This document shows, one piece after another, positions 8,829-20,285 of a stretch of 64,000 nucleotides of DNA; the first letter of the stretch is position 1; the number at the start of each line of letters is the position of its first letter. Position numbers and translations under genes: made by a program. The notes below the pieces were generated by a model. It did no database searches. It saw only the letters and a program-made list of their open reading frames with translations, and was not told the origin of the DNA. Origin of the DNA: Bdellovibrionales bacterium (GTDB taxonomy: Bacteria > Bdellovibrionota > Bdellovibrionia > Bdellovibrionales > UBA1609); the NCBI GenBank assembly GCA_965219095.1, contig OZ244719.1:448001-512000 (forward strand), read 5' to 3'.

Positions 8829-11443
8829 TTATCGTTTGAGCTGTTTTTTTAGCTTCTTGTATTTGTCGGTGACTTTGTATTTTCCTGTTTTTGGGCTTCC
8901 TTCAAAAACAATAAGTTTATGCCCTTTTAGAAAGTCTATGTCATTTTCTATCGCTCTTGGAGTCAGCTCATAGATTTCAGCAAATGATTTTACAGAAAAT
9001 CTATTTTTTTCTATAAAGTCTAATGTTTTCAACAACCTGTGAAACCTCTGGCTTTTTACTCCGAACATATCTCCGAACTTTACTCCGAACACATCTCCGA
9101 ACTTTTCTTCTATACTACCAGGATCACCTGCAGCGTCATTGCCATTTTCAAAATATAGAGGTTTTCTTGGGAAGATTATAGTGAAAAACTCGTTCAACTT
9201 AAACTTGGGCTCTTCCAGTCCAGCTTCCTTTACTAGCTTTTTTATACTTTTAATTCCCGTACCAAATTTTTCAATATATCCTAATCTTTGCATAAGATCA
9301 GCAATAAGCTTATTTCTCAAGACACTTTTTGTCCCAAAATCTTTTTTATTCAAACCCTTAGGAAGTCCTCCAAAATTATAAATCTCTACTCTGTCACTAA
9401 AAATTTCAACACTCACACTTATTCCTATATGAAAATAATCTCTGTGAGTGACAGCGTTAATAATGGCTTCTCTTAATGCATCTTCCGGAATTTCTAAAAT
9501 CTCCTCTCTTTCTAGCTTTCCACGAACAATTTTAAATTCCACACGAAGATTTTTTTCTAAGAATTTAATAGCTTCATCTATACTCCTTCCGTTTAAGTTT
9601 TCCGTTTTTTTTGAGTTGAGGTCTAGTTTTTATTCTAAGGTCTTGATAAAAAGTCATTTATTTTTAAAAATAGTTTCATATGTCAGGGTTTCTATCAAAA
9701 AAAGAGCGAAAAGATTTACTCTATGAACTATCTTTAGAGAAAAATCTTAAATACGCAAAAAAGGATTATGACAATTCTCCATTTAGATAAAGGTGAGTTG
9801 TGTAAAGATATTTCCCGTTTTCTTTTCATTGATGAGGTCACGATAAGAGCCTGTAGAGATCGTTATAACAAAGGTGGAATAGAGTGTTTAATCAGCGACA
9901 ATTACAGTTCTAAAAGATCCTTTTTAACTAAAGAAAGAGGAGAAAATGCTTTGTAAGGAATTAGAGAAAAGAATTTTTCCATCATCACAGTCTGTCATCC
10001 AGTTCATTGAGGAGAATTTTGGTGTTACGTACTTTAACAAGTGGTGTGATTGATCTTCTCCATCGCCTTAAGTTTTCTTATAAAAAAGCTACAGCAATAC
10101 CAGGTAAGGCAAAGAAAGAAGAGCAGGAAAAGTTTGTGCGTAAGTACAAGAGAATTAAGAAGAAAGAGGGTCCTGTTTACTTTGCTGATTCCACACATCC
10201 TGAGTGGGGACCTACGATTTCATATGGTTGGATAAGAGAGGGTAAGAAGTTTGAAGTGAAGACCAATTCAGGCTGGAGAAAAAGAGTGAATGTTTGTGGA
10301 GCTATTGAGATCAATAGTTTGAAGACGATAGTCAGGAGTTATAAGACAATCAACGAAGTTTTCCTATGTGATAGGCTCCATCATCTTCATTAAGAAGTAT
10401 TCCGATGAAAAAGAGATTCATCTTATCTTAGATGGAGCCGGATACAATAGATCGAAGTCTGTCAAGAAGTTAGCGAAAGAGTTGAATATAAAACTTGTTT
10501 ATCTTCCTCCTTACTCACCGAATTTAAATCCTATAGAAAGGCTTTGGAAGTTTATGAAAAAAGAGGTCACGGCGAATCGATATTATGAAAACTATGACGA
10601 TTTCAAGGGAAGTTTAAGTCAATTTTTTAGAGGAATACGAAAACACAGACCTAAATTAGAAACTTTGATAACTGATAACTTCTCTATCTTAGGAAACTGA
10701 AAACCTAAGCGGAAGCACTATATATTAGCTCTTAAATCTTTATTAAATCTTCCACTATCAATAATTTTACCCCTTTCTTTTCCTCTGAATAAAACACAAG
10801 CAATTTCAGCATGGGAATGAATCTTTTGTAAGTCTTTAGAAAAAAATAAAGCACCAGCATTGTTAATGGTAACTTTAGAGCCTTGTCTTTGAGCAACCCC
10901 TAAGTTTTCAAGTAATTGTACGATATTTCTTCTATTATAAGTCACCTTTGATCTGTTTAGAAAAGAAAATAGTTTTTCCTTATCAAAGTGTTTCTTGTAA
11001 TCAAATTTTTTGCATACTTGCGTATCAAATCGAGCTTTCCCTTCACGGATTCCAAAATCAATAATCTCTTCTGTACTTAATTTTTGAGAAGTTGAACCTG
11101 AACGAATATAAAAACCTGCAGAACATCTATGGGGCTTATTTTTACTTTCTTTTACAACTATAAGTAATACCTTTTCTTTTGCCATTTCTTTAATAGAGAT
11201 AGAAACTTTAGGATCGCAGTTTCTTGCAATAGTCTCTATTTGACCTTTTAGACGATTGGTGATGTTGATTCCCTTAACCTTTCCTTTGTCAGTTATGCCA
11301 ATATAAATCTCACCTCCAGAAGAGTTAGCAAAGGCTACTATTGTCCTATCTAAACCAGATCTGACACTTTCTTTGAGCTCGACTTTAGAGTTTTCACCTT
11401 TTTCTAGAATGGATTTGAGTTTAGGAGAGATTGAGTTTTTCAT
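8829..11443 (-). pseudogene. AlbA_2 (Schlafen-like) plus HATPase_c_4/wHTH protein, split by IS630
   Basis: GENSKVELKE..VAFANSSGG in 10718..11443; LREAIINAVTHRDY in 8829..9542; the frame joins as RANI-DEAIKF when the IS is removed. Confidence 0.85.
9581..10720 (+). mobile_element. IS630-family element with frameshifted transposase (ORFs 9768..9956, 10007..10393, 10368..10700)
   Basis: IRs TACTCCTTCCGTTTAAGTTTT and AAAACCTAAGCGGAAGCACTA, TA duplication, LPPYSPNLNPIE motif. Confidence 0.9.
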
Positions 11444-14400
11444 TTTTTCACTAACCCCATTGAGCAGACTATTCTTGGTTTCTCATCCATTCGCTTTTCT
11501 TCTTTTTTATTTAAGAGAGTTTCATTTTTATCTTTTTCAACTATGTAAGAAATAATCTCACTTTCAGAAACCTTTCTCCTAAACATCCTTTTAAGGGTGT
11601 TTTCGGAATCATTAGATAAAGAATATTTAAAAATATCATCCTGAAGTTGAAGTAGGATATCATCTTTATTTTCTTTTTTTTCTAAAAGCTCAGACACTTT
11701 TCTTCTTGGATTTCTAGTCCCTCCAAGTCTTCCAATCATATCTATAGATTTTATAGATTCTTCTATACTCTTTAAACCATTTCTAACAACTTCGTAATGG
11801 TTTTCTCGTTTTTCAAGTGGCTTTGTCTCTGGCTGGCACTTTGCTGTTTCTAAAATTTTAAATTGGTTTTCTGTAAGAACTTCTCCTTTTTCATTAATCT
11901 GCATTAAGTAGTTTGTAATATGAGATTTAGCAAACAGTAAGACATCGCTAAGGCTTGAGTGCTCTTTTGTAGAATGAATAACATCTGGCATATTCTTAAT
12001 CTTCTCTTCTAAGGCAGGGTCTTTTTTTATTGCCTCTTCCCATACGCTAAGGGCTTGAGAAGGAAGATCAATGTCACTAAAGACCTCTTTTTCTAAAACT
12101 TCCGACTTTTCATTATACAAATCTATTATAATCTTCCTGTCTCCTCCAAAAAAGCTCTCATCTGTACCTATAACCTCTGCATTTTCTTTCAATCTTCTTT
12201 GTACACGAGCTTGTAAGTTAATAATCTTTTCTAGCTCTTGGTCTGGCATAAAAGAATAGCATAAAATCTTATCGGATTTTTGCCCTATTCTATCCACTCT
12301 CCCAACTCTTTGAATAAGTTTAATAATTGCCCATGGAAGATCATAGTTAACCACTACATGGCAGTCTTGGAGATTCTGTCCCTCGCTTAGAATGTCTGTT
12401 GCTATTAAAATATCAATTTCTTCTTCGTTTTCATTTTTGATCCCATAGTCATTACTCTTAGGGCTAAATCTATGAATTGAGTCTTGTATATTGCTCATAC
12501 CTCCGGTAACAAGATTTAATTTTTCTATTCCTCGGTTTTTAAGTTCATTTTCAAGATATTTTGCTGTGTCTTTATATTGAGTGAAGATAAGTGCTTTTTT
12601 TTCTTTACATTCATTTCTTAAAAGACTTTCAAGCTTTTTAAGCTTGAAATCTTTTTTAGGATTCCATTTCTGAGATTTCTTTAACAAATCAATAAGCTTT
12701 TCTGTATCTTGTCTGAGATTTTTTCTTAACTCTTCAGTAAAATAAGAAGATGAGATCCACCTGATGCTTTTACTTCCTTTCCTTTTATATTCATCGTAAG
12801 CTTTTTTCCCTTTTTTGTAAAAATTGTCAAATTCAGTAAAAAAGTATGTCCTTTCATTGTCTTCTTGAGAAAAGCCTGTAATATCACCTTCATTCTCATC
12901 AAAAGCATTTGTGATGATATCACTTCCTGAGTCTTTCACTATAAGATTATCTTTACTGTCAATGGCATAAATAAAGATACAATTTCTTAAAATATGCCTT
13001 TGTATGGCTTGAAGAAAAGAATAGCCACTGCTTTCTAAGGTTTTAAATAGGTTTATACGACAAAACCCTCTTGGTTGGGATCGAGCTTGTTCTAAATCTT
13101 TAAATAATTTCTTTTCTTTATCTGTTAAATTCTTAAGATCAGGCCTTTTGTATTTTGAAAGAGCGTATCTTGGAAGTTCTAGATCATTGATCATATCTAC
13201 AACTTCATCAGAAAAAAATCTCCTATACTGCTTATCAATGGAATATTTAACTGTCTTAGCTATCCTATTGGGGAAATAATTTTTTTTGCCCTTTATTTCA
13301 AGGTAATATCCAGTATCATCTTTATTTCCATAGTATTCTTTTATAAATGTCCTTGTCCTTCTAATAAGAAATAAAGACATAAGTTGTTGCCAATCTTCAG
13401 AGTGAGAAGACTGCTCAAAAGCTTTCAATGAACTAGGGTTACCTTGAAATGAATCCTCTTTTTCTTTTAGAAACTTTTCTGGCCTTATTCCTATATTTTG
13501 ATCAGAATCAAGAAAAAGTCCAAGCTGGCTTGATAGATCAGAATAGGTTTTATTATAAGGAGTTGCTGACAGTAAAACACATTTACTATCATTATTTGCA
13601 ATATAATCCTTTATTATCTTATATCTCTTACCTTGAGGATTTCTTAAATTATGACTCTCATCTATAATAACTAGATGATGTCTTCTTAGCTCCTGTAGAT
13701 CATACATAACTTTACTTATAGACATAATACGCCCTCTTAAACCATATTTATCTCTATAATCTTCCCACATTCTTTCAAGATTCTTTGGGCATAGAATAAG
13801 GGTTTGCCAACCATTTTCTTCTTCTAAAATTTTAGCAATAGCTACCGCTTGAAGAGTTTTTCCAAGTCCCACGACATCTCCAATAAGAACACCGCCTTTA
13901 TTCATTACATGGTGAGTGGCTATACGAATAGCCGCTGACTGAAAAGGAAATAAAATATCTTTTAACTCTTTTGGAATAAAAAAATCACTCAAGCCTTTCC
14001 TTGCATCTTCTGAAAGATGATACGCCATTTTAATATAGATATGATAGGGCATATAAAGAGTTTCTCCGGCCCAACTCTCTTCAATAATTTTTTCTATTTC
14101 TTCTGATATATCTAAAGAAAACTGATCTTGCCATTTATCTTCAAACCACTTGCAAAGATAGTCACAAGAACTCTGATCAAGAACATCTATATTGAGTTCT
14201 CCTTGTTTTTCTAATCCTGAAAGAGTTAAATTACTGCTTCCAAGAAAACCTATTTTCTCTGCAAATTCTTTGTGATTAAAAGTGAGGTATAATTTTGCAT
14301 GAAGTGGATGGCGAGTGAAGCACTTTACAATAACTTTCTTCTCTCTAATTTGCTTAGCCAAAAGTCTTAAACCATTTTCATCTTCATTAGAAGGCACTCC

Positions 14401-14715
14401 CAACATTAACTGCTTTTTAAAATTTTCTACTGCTTGATTCTTTAGTTTTCGAGCTAATTTATTATCTGGCTCTCTTAATTTAGATTCATCTTCTAAAAGC
14501 TCTTTTTTTAGCTGATAATTCGCACTATACATTCCAAGCAAAAGACGGCATTGGTTTTCTTCACCCCCCTTATACTCATTAATTGCTCTAGCAATTTTTT
14601 TCCAGCCTCTAAGGTTAAAGTAGCCTACAGAAATATCTGATCGGTAAGAGCGATTAAGAGCATTCTCTAGGCCAGATAAAAAAGAAACTTCTTTGTTGTC
14701 ATAAATTTTTGACAT
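11440..14715 (-). CDS. PLD-nuclease plus SNF2-family helicase
   Basis: LHAKLY and GSSNLT (PLD); GDVVGLGKT, DESH, SATP and QRVGRVDR helicase motifs. Confidence 0.9.
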   Translation of the reverse strand: MSKIYDNKEVSFLSGLENALNRSYRSDISVGYFNLRGWKKIARAINEYKGGEENQCRLLLGMYSANYQLKKELLEDESKLREPDNKLARKLKNQAVENFKKQLMLGVPSNEDENGLRLLAKQIREKKVIVKCFTRHPLHAKLYLTFNHKEFAEKIGFLGSSNLTLSGLEKQGELNIDVLDQSSCDYLCKWFEDKWQDQFSLDISEEIEKIIEESWAGETLYMPYHIYIKMAYHLSEDARKGLSDFFIPKELKDILFPFQSAAIRIATHHVMNKGGVLIGDVVGLGKTLQAVAIAKILEEENGWQTLILCPKNLERMWEDYRDKYGLRGRIMSISKVMYDLQELRRHHLVIIDESHNLRNPQGKRYKIIKDYIANNDSKCVLLSATPYNKTYSDLSSQLGLFLDSDQNIGIRPEKFLKEKEDSFQGNPSSLKAFEQSSHSEDWQQLMSLFLIRRTRTFIKEYYGNKDDTGYYLEIKGKKNYFPNRIAKTVKYSIDKQYRRFFSDEVVDMINDLELPRYALSKYKRPDLKNLTDKEKKLFKDLEQARSQPRGFCRINLFKTLESSGYSFLQAIQRHILRNCIFIYAIDSKDNLIVKDSGSDIITNAFDENEGDITGFSQEDNERTYFFTEFDNFYKKGKKAYDEYKRKGSKSIRWISSSYFTEELRKNLRQDTEKLIDLLKKSQKWNPKKDFKLKKLESLLRNECKEKKALIFTQYKDTAKYLENELKNRGIEKLNLVTGGMSNIQDSIHRFSPKSNDYGIKNENEEEIDILIATDILSEGQNLQDCHVVVNYDLPWAIIKLIQRVGRVDRIGQKSDKILCYSFMPDQELEKIINLQARVQRRLKENAEVIGTDESFFGGDRKIIIDLYNEKSEVLEKEVFSDIDLPSQALSVWEEAIKKDPALEEKIKNMPDVIHSTKEHSSLSDVLLFAKSHITNYLMQINEKGEVLTENQFKILETAKCQPETKPLEKRENHYEVVRNGLKSIEESIKSIDMIGRLGGTRNPRRKVSELLEKKENKDDILLQLQDDIFKYSLSNDSENTLKRMFRRKVSESEIISYIVEKDKNETLLNKKEEKRMDEKPRIVCSMGLVKK

Positions 14716-14717
14716 TT

Positions 14718-17700
14718 TTAAGAGGCCTTTTTAATGAACTTATCTTTTTGATAAGCATTAAGGGCAGATTCCTTTAATTTTTCTAATCTTTCTCTATTTT
14801 TTCCTGTCTTAAAGGTACTTAAAATGTATTCAAATTCTTTAAGGCTAAATCCATAAGTGTAGGTGACCATAGCATCAATTTCTCCCTGGAGTTTTAAACG
14901 CTCGTTTTTATCTTTTACCCCGCCTCTTTTTACTCTTATCTCATCTGCTAGATCATCAAACTTTTTTCCTATGCAGGTTAAAAGAGCTGATCGTTTTACA
15001 ATTTCTTTAAAGTAAGGGTCCTTTTCAGTAAGTCTGGGAATTCTTAAAGGGGTAATGTACTTCTTGTTTATATTAGAAGAGACTTTTTGCCTAATAAAGT
15101 AGTCCACAATAAAGCTATTGAAAAAAGCTTGTAGAAAAAGCATATAGTGATTGTTTTTCTTGGGATTTTCTGAATTTATATACACTCCATAAAGACTATT
15201 TGAGATAAAGTGATTTTTTGGAATCACCGCTGAAATAAGACTTCTTTCATTGGTATTGCTTGCTATCGTTCGAATGACAAGACGATGGTTTTCATAGCAT
15301 TTGTTTTTGAAAGCAAAGCCTGTTCTATTTTGCACTTTATGATCGTTTCTATCAATATAGCGATTGGCTTTTGAAAGATCAAAATTATATTGAAATTGAT
15401 GAATAACACTTCCTTTGTAAAGAGGAAGGTAACTTGAGAATAATTTTTTATCTTTGAATAAATCAGCATCATTTTTTTCATCAAATTCTCTGTAAAGCTC
15501 TACATTCCAAGAGTTTTTTAAATTTTCTCCTAGCATTGGAAAGCTAAGTATTTTTTTTAAAAGGTTTCTATCCCTTAAGTTTTTGAATTCAATGATTTGA
15601 CAATCACGAGGAGAAAGTTCTTTTATTTCCTTTATAGACTGCTTCATTGAATTCTCATTGGGGAATGAATTTAAAATTCTAAGACTTCTTGTATGAAAAT
15701 GGCAAGGAAACTTATCTTGAGGCTTTTCATTTTTTAAATTCAAAATAAGAAATTTAAACCTTGAATCAACTCCCTCAAATATTTTTCCCTTTCTGCCTTC
15801 CATTTTATTTTGAAAATCAATGAGACTTTCTATTTTAAGATTATCAAAAATAAAACATCTTAAAGCTATGGCTCCGTCATCTTTTGAAAGACCGCTAGGA
15901 AGCACGGCTCCGATAACCCCATTTTTATTTAAAAGATTAAAGCACCTTTCTGTAAATAAAAGATAGGTGTTCATATCTGAACTTGCATTCTTTTCTGTAC
16001 CGTCTGATTCGATAATTTTTCCCGTCTGCTTTTCATAAAATGAAGAAAAATAATTTCTTTGAAATTGGTAGAATTCTTCTGTTTTTAAGTAATCAGTTGC
16101 TATTTTGCCTTTGTTTAACAGTTCCTCTCTTTTTTCCTCAAACTCTTTCTTATCATTTTTTTTCTTTTTTATAGATTTATCATACCTAGAAAAAAACTCT
16201 CTATCTTCAGTTTTAACCTTATCCCAAGGAGGGTTTGTTACAATAACATCAAAACCTCCTCTATCTATAATATCATTAAAAGCAATGTCCCAATGAAAGG
16301 GATTTAAATTTTTAGAATCATCTTCACTTTCAAAATCTTTTGGAAATACACTTCGTTTCTTTATTGTTTTCTTTTTGCCTTTAATTTCTGTGATTTCAGG
16401 ATATCTCAAGCCCTTTTCATTGCATTTATTAGCAAGAGTACGGCTTAGGTTAGAATTATTTTCTTCTAAAAATTTATGTATTTTTTCTTTTAGTTCTTTC
16501 AATTTATCAAAAGACAAGGGTTTCTTTTTATAGTTATTAACTAGCTTATTGTATTCATCTTTAATTTGAGGGTAAGATTTGTCTAAAAGAGATAGTTGCC
16601 CTTTATTAGGTTCTTTTAAAAAGCCTATGAGAGAGTTTCCATGCATAATATTAAAGTCCATATTAGGAAGAGGTTCTAACTCTTCCATGGTTAAAGCTGA
16701 GCTTACAAGGGATAAGAAAAGCCTCAGTTTACAAACTTCTGTGGCTTCTTTCATAATGTCAACACCGTATAGGTTTTTAAGTATAATGTTCTTTTTTATA
16801 CCGTAAGGTATGCTTTTATGGTCATTTCTAAAATTTTCATACCAATTTTTTAAATCTCTGTTATTTGATGTTTCTATTTTTCCAATAACAGGTGAGTATA
16901 TGTTAAGTAGCTCTTTCATAGCAGAAACTAGAAAGGCTCCAGAACCTACAGCTGGATCTAAAATTGTTAGCGTATTTAAAATGCTATCTTCGTTTGTAAG
17001 TAAAACCTTACAAAGATTTGTGTCGAGATTTAGATTCATATCACTGATAGTCTTAAATGAGTGACCTTTTTTGCTTAGCTTATCTAGAATGCATTTTTCA
17101 ATGGTATTTCTACTAAGATATGAAGTAATCTCATCTTTAGTGTAGTAGGCACCCATACTTTTTTGCTGAATTTCAGTAATGTATTTTTCAAAAATATAGC
17201 CTAAAACATCTGGACTGATTTCTTTTCCCTCACCCTTACTATCTTCAATATGCCACTCGTATTTAGAAAATATATCAAATGTTTTTTCAAAAGCTTTGTC
17301 TTTTATTTTTATATCAGGATACTTATTTTCTATAAGATGTGGGGTAAAAAGTCCACCGTTTAGGTACTTGATTTCACCGAGCATTTTTTTTGCTTCTTTA
17401 CTTCTTTCTTTTAGTTTTTTTGCAAACCCCTCAAAAAATAAAAGCTTTAGAAAATTGGAATAGTAGATATCTTTTTTTGTTTTTTTTAGTTCCTCTAGCT
17501 TATCGTTCAAGTAGTTATAGTTATTATCTACAAACCCTTTTTTTTGTAAAAACCAAATAAACATTAGCCTATTAAGGACAACGGAAGAGTACCAGTTTTT
17601 ATCTTCTTTCTTATCAATTCCAGAGATATATTTTTGGAAATCGAAATGGTTGTTCTTGAAGTCTTCATAAAACTTCTTAGTAACTTTTTCTGTATCAAAA

Positions 17701-18158
17701 GCTTTTTCTAGCTTTTCTCCTATTTCAGATATTTTTGGCTCATCTTCAATGTTAAAATGTATATTTGCAATTTTACTTATAAAGAAATCCCCGTTTTGAT
17801 TTTTATAGAAGTCATGAACTCTAACTTTATTATTTTTTGAAAGATAAGACCATGAGCAATAGGTTTTATTATCAGAAAAGATGAGAATATGTTTGTTATG
17901 AATTTTCTTTATTTCTTTATGAACTTTTTCCCTATTTAAATCAAAATTTTTAAGATTTTCTTCTCTAAATTGTAATACTTTTGCTCCGCCAATCTCTGCT
18001 AGGGGAGAGTATTCTATTTTTTTAGAACTATCTATACGGATTGACCGATTCTTTTTATCTTCTGAGCAATTCCAACCCAGACCCTCCGTGAACAATTCTC
18101 GTAGCTTAAAATCTCCAAGACATTCTCGTAGCTTCTTAGCATTGATAGGCGATGACAT
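14718..18158 (-). CDS. Large adenine DNA methyltransferase (Eco57I/type IIG-like)
   Basis: GAYYT, LDPAVGSGAF (motif I), TNPPW (motif IV), C-terminal specificity-like region. Confidence 0.9.
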   Translation of the reverse strand: MSSPINAKKLRECLGDFKLRELFTEGLGWNCSEDKKNRSIRIDSSKKIEYSPLAEIGGAKVLQFREENLKNFDLNREKVHKEIKKIHNKHILIFSDNKTYCSWSYLSKNNKVRVHDFYKNQNGDFFISKIANIHFNIEDEPKISEIGEKLEKAFDTEKVTKKFYEDFKNNHFDFQKYISGIDKKEDKNWYSSVVLNRLMFIWFLQKKGFVDNNYNYLNDKLEELKKTKKDIYYSNFLKLLFFEGFAKKLKERSKEAKKMLGEIKYLNGGLFTPHLIENKYPDIKIKDKAFEKTFDIFSKYEWHIEDSKGEGKEISPDVLGYIFEKYITEIQQKSMGAYYTKDEITSYLSRNTIEKCILDKLSKKGHSFKTISDMNLNLDTNLCKVLLTNEDSILNTLTILDPAVGSGAFLVSAMKELLNIYSPVIGKIETSNNRDLKNWYENFRNDHKSIPYGIKKNIILKNLYGVDIMKEATEVCKLRLFLSLVSSALTMEELEPLPNMDFNIMHGNSLIGFLKEPNKGQLSLLDKSYPQIKDEYNKLVNNYKKKPLSFDKLKELKEKIHKFLEENNSNLSRTLANKCNEKGLRYPEITEIKGKKKTIKKRSVFPKDFESEDDSKNLNPFHWDIAFNDIIDRGGFDVIVTNPPWDKVKTEDREFFSRYDKSIKKKKNDKKEFEEKREELLNKGKIATDYLKTEEFYQFQRNYFSSFYEKQTGKIIESDGTEKNASSDMNTYLLFTERCFNLLNKNGVIGAVLPSGLSKDDGAIALRCFIFDNLKIESLIDFQNKMEGRKGKIFEGVDSRFKFLILNLKNEKPQDKFPCHFHTRSLRILNSFPNENSMKQSIKEIKELSPRDCQIIEFKNLRDRNLLKKILSFPMLGENLKNSWNVELYREFDEKNDADLFKDKKLFSSYLPLYKGSVIHQFQYNFDLSKANRYIDRNDHKVQNRTGFAFKNKCYENHRLVIRTIASNTNERSLISAVIPKNHFISNSLYGVYINSENPKKNNHYMLFLQAFFNSFIVDYFIRQKVSSNINKKYITPLRIPRLTEKDPYFKEIVKRSALLTCIGKKFDDLADEIRVKRGGVKDKNERLKLQGEIDAMVTYTYGFSLKEFEYILSTFKTGKNRERLEKLKESALNAYQKDKFIKKAS

Positions 18159-18668
18159 AAAATTTCTCCTTTTTAATCTAAGTTTCTTAAAAAACTCGTG
18201 TTTTATGCAGTTGTATCGGTTGATTTATTTGACTAGCTTTAGGGAATTAAAGGGTTTCTGGACAAAAGTTTCTAATTTTGACTGAAAATGTCAACTTTGC
18301 TAAGACTTAAAATTAATGCTTTTGTCTTGATTCTGGTGGGTTTTGTTGAAATTGCTCTAACTGTAACTCGGTTTTTAAACCACCCCTAACTTATACTGAC
18401 TACATTTCTTTCAAAAAACCCTTTAAAATCTAAGAAAAATCCCACTCGTAGGAGTCAAGGGCGGTCAGATAACCGACTTATTACAGAATTTGGAAGAGAT
18501 AGATGAGGTCTCCATCTCAGAGGGAAGAAGCTTGTTTCGCAGAGAGTAAAAAAAGCAAAATGGAAAAAAAGTTTTTTTCATATTTACTTCCAATTTCTAT
18601 AAAAAGCCTTGAAAGGCTGGCTAGTAAATGGTAAAGGTGTAGTTGGTTTAACTTAAGGCGGGCACAGA

Positions 18669-19691
18669 GTGGCAAGAAGTCATCGAATTAATCTGATTAA
18701 AAAAATTCAGAAAAAAAGGAACTCAAAAGTGTTTTGTTACCTTACTTCTGATCGTCCAAATGCAAGTTCTGTTTTTGCCAAAGACACTTTCCCTATTTTT
18801 AGTGAACACTTAAAGGAAAATGAATATGATAGCATTGATGTGTTTCTCTTTACACTTGGTGGTGACACTTTGGCAGCTTTTGGCTTAAACAAATTATTGA
18901 GAGAATATACTACAAATTTAAACGTCCTTGTTCCTGATAAGTGCCACAGTGCTGGAACTTTATTTGCTTTAGGCTGTAATCAAGTATTGATGACAAAAAC
19001 CTCTTCTCTTGGCCCAATTGATCCAAGCATTCATAGACCTCTAAATCCAGCGGTAAGAATCAATAATCAAGTTCAACAGCTTCCTTTAAGTGTTGAAAGC
19101 GTTGCTGGCTTTAAAGGATTGGTAAAAGATGAATGGGGCATAAAAAAACAGACGGAATTATCCGCACTTTTAAAACTTCTTTCAGAAAAAGTCCATCCCC
19201 TTGCTTTAGGTGATGTTTATAGAGCTAGACAACAAATAGAGCTTCTTGCAATAAATTTATTAAAACTGCACAGACAAGACTCTAATAAAATTCACGATAT
19301 TGTTCAAAAATTAACCAAAGAACTGGGTTCACATGATTACCTTATTTTTCGCAAAGAAGCAACAGAGCTTTTAGGACATCAAGTCGTAGATGATCTGGAT
19401 TTGGAACGTCTAATAAGAGAACTCCACAAGGATTTTGCTAAAGATCTAGAACTGGGAAAACCATTTAGGCCAAATCTTATACTTTCTTCTTCCGGAGACT
19501 CTGGCAATAAAAGTACTCGAACAGCCACAGTTGAATTAAAACGAGTCGCTATAGAAAGTGAAGAACGAGGAGATCACTTTATTGAAAGAAAAACTCTTAC
19601 TGAAGTCAAACTTCAACCACGACCTAACACTGTCCCTATAATGGGTGTACAGCAGGAAGATCAATTTAGCGGATGGGAAACTTATGATTGA
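18669..19691 (+). CDS. SDH-family Clp-fold serine protease
   Basis: TLGGD, HSAGTL, LGPIDP and SHDYLI motifs. Confidence 0.8.
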   Translation: MARSHRINLIKKIQKKRNSKVFCYLTSDRPNASSVFAKDTFPIFSEHLKENEYDSIDVFLFTLGGDTLAAFGLNKLLREYTTNLNVLVPDKCHSAGTLFALGCNQVLMTKTSSLGPIDPSIHRPLNPAVRINNQVQQLPLSVESVAGFKGLVKDEWGIKKQTELSALLKLLSEKVHPLALGDVYRARQQIELLAINLLKLHRQDSNKIHDIVQKLTKELGSHDYLIFRKEATELLGHQVVDDLDLERLIRELHKDFAKDLELGKPFRPNLILSSSGDSGNKSTRTATVELKRVAIESEERGDHFIERKTLTEVKLQPRPNTVPIMGVQQEDQFSGWETYD

Positions 19692-19754
19692 CACAGCATT
19701 GTATTCATGCTACTCTTAAATAGGTTATAGTGGAGTAATGGAGGTATAAGAGTT

Positions 19755-19952
19755 ATGAATGATGTAAAAATAAGTTACCGCTTCAATGAGTCCCATAGCG
19801 GGGAAAATTTTTGGATACCTTCGGATAGTTCAAAAAAAATAAGTATATTTAATGAATTAGAGATTATCAGTTATTTAGAAAATGTTGAAATAGATACTCA
19901 AATTTCCCTTGAAGAAAACACAGAAAGCTTTCCAGAATTATCTAAAGGGTAG
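19755..19952 (+). CDS. Small acidic hypothetical protein
   Basis: GGAGG upstream; follows the protease gene. Confidence 0.4.
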   Translation: MNDVKISYRFNESHSGENFWIPSDSSKKISIFNELEIISYLENVEIDTQISLEENTESFPELSKG

Positions 19953-20285
19953 AGCCGAATTCACTCTTTGGTAAGTTATCCATAGCTCTTTTCATAAAGA
20001 GATGGAGTCCAAAGACTTTGGTGTTGACACTATAGGATAAACATGTCCTTAGGAGTTCGTTAGTTAATAAATGCTTGCGAACTAACGTATTCTTTTGAAC
20101 TCTTTTCATCAAATTATTTTTATTTCCTCAATTTCATGTGTGATCTATAGGTGATCAATAATTAAAATGTGGGTACTATCGAGAAGTTTCAGGAAAATCA
20201 AGGTGCTTACAGTAATGGATAAGTTATTTATATTTATTTATTTTTTACTGATTCCAACAACATAGCAGATCTCTTTTAGCCGATT

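Larger units (their letters stand above)
1479..20285. mobile_element. Large pilin-targeting integrative element L1 (pilin cassette, int, xis, ssb-like, T4CP, defence cargo)
   Basis: Bounded by direct repeats of the pilin core at 1479 and 20284; integrase and excisionase next to the left core. Confidence 0.8.

Noticed and set aside
11440..18158. Assignment to BREX or DISARM
   Set aside because: No PglZ, BrxC or DrmA/DrmB-like partners seen
12071..18285. Short ORFs inside or antisense to the helicase and methyltransferase genes
   Set aside because: They overlap long motif-bearing genes and have no independent support
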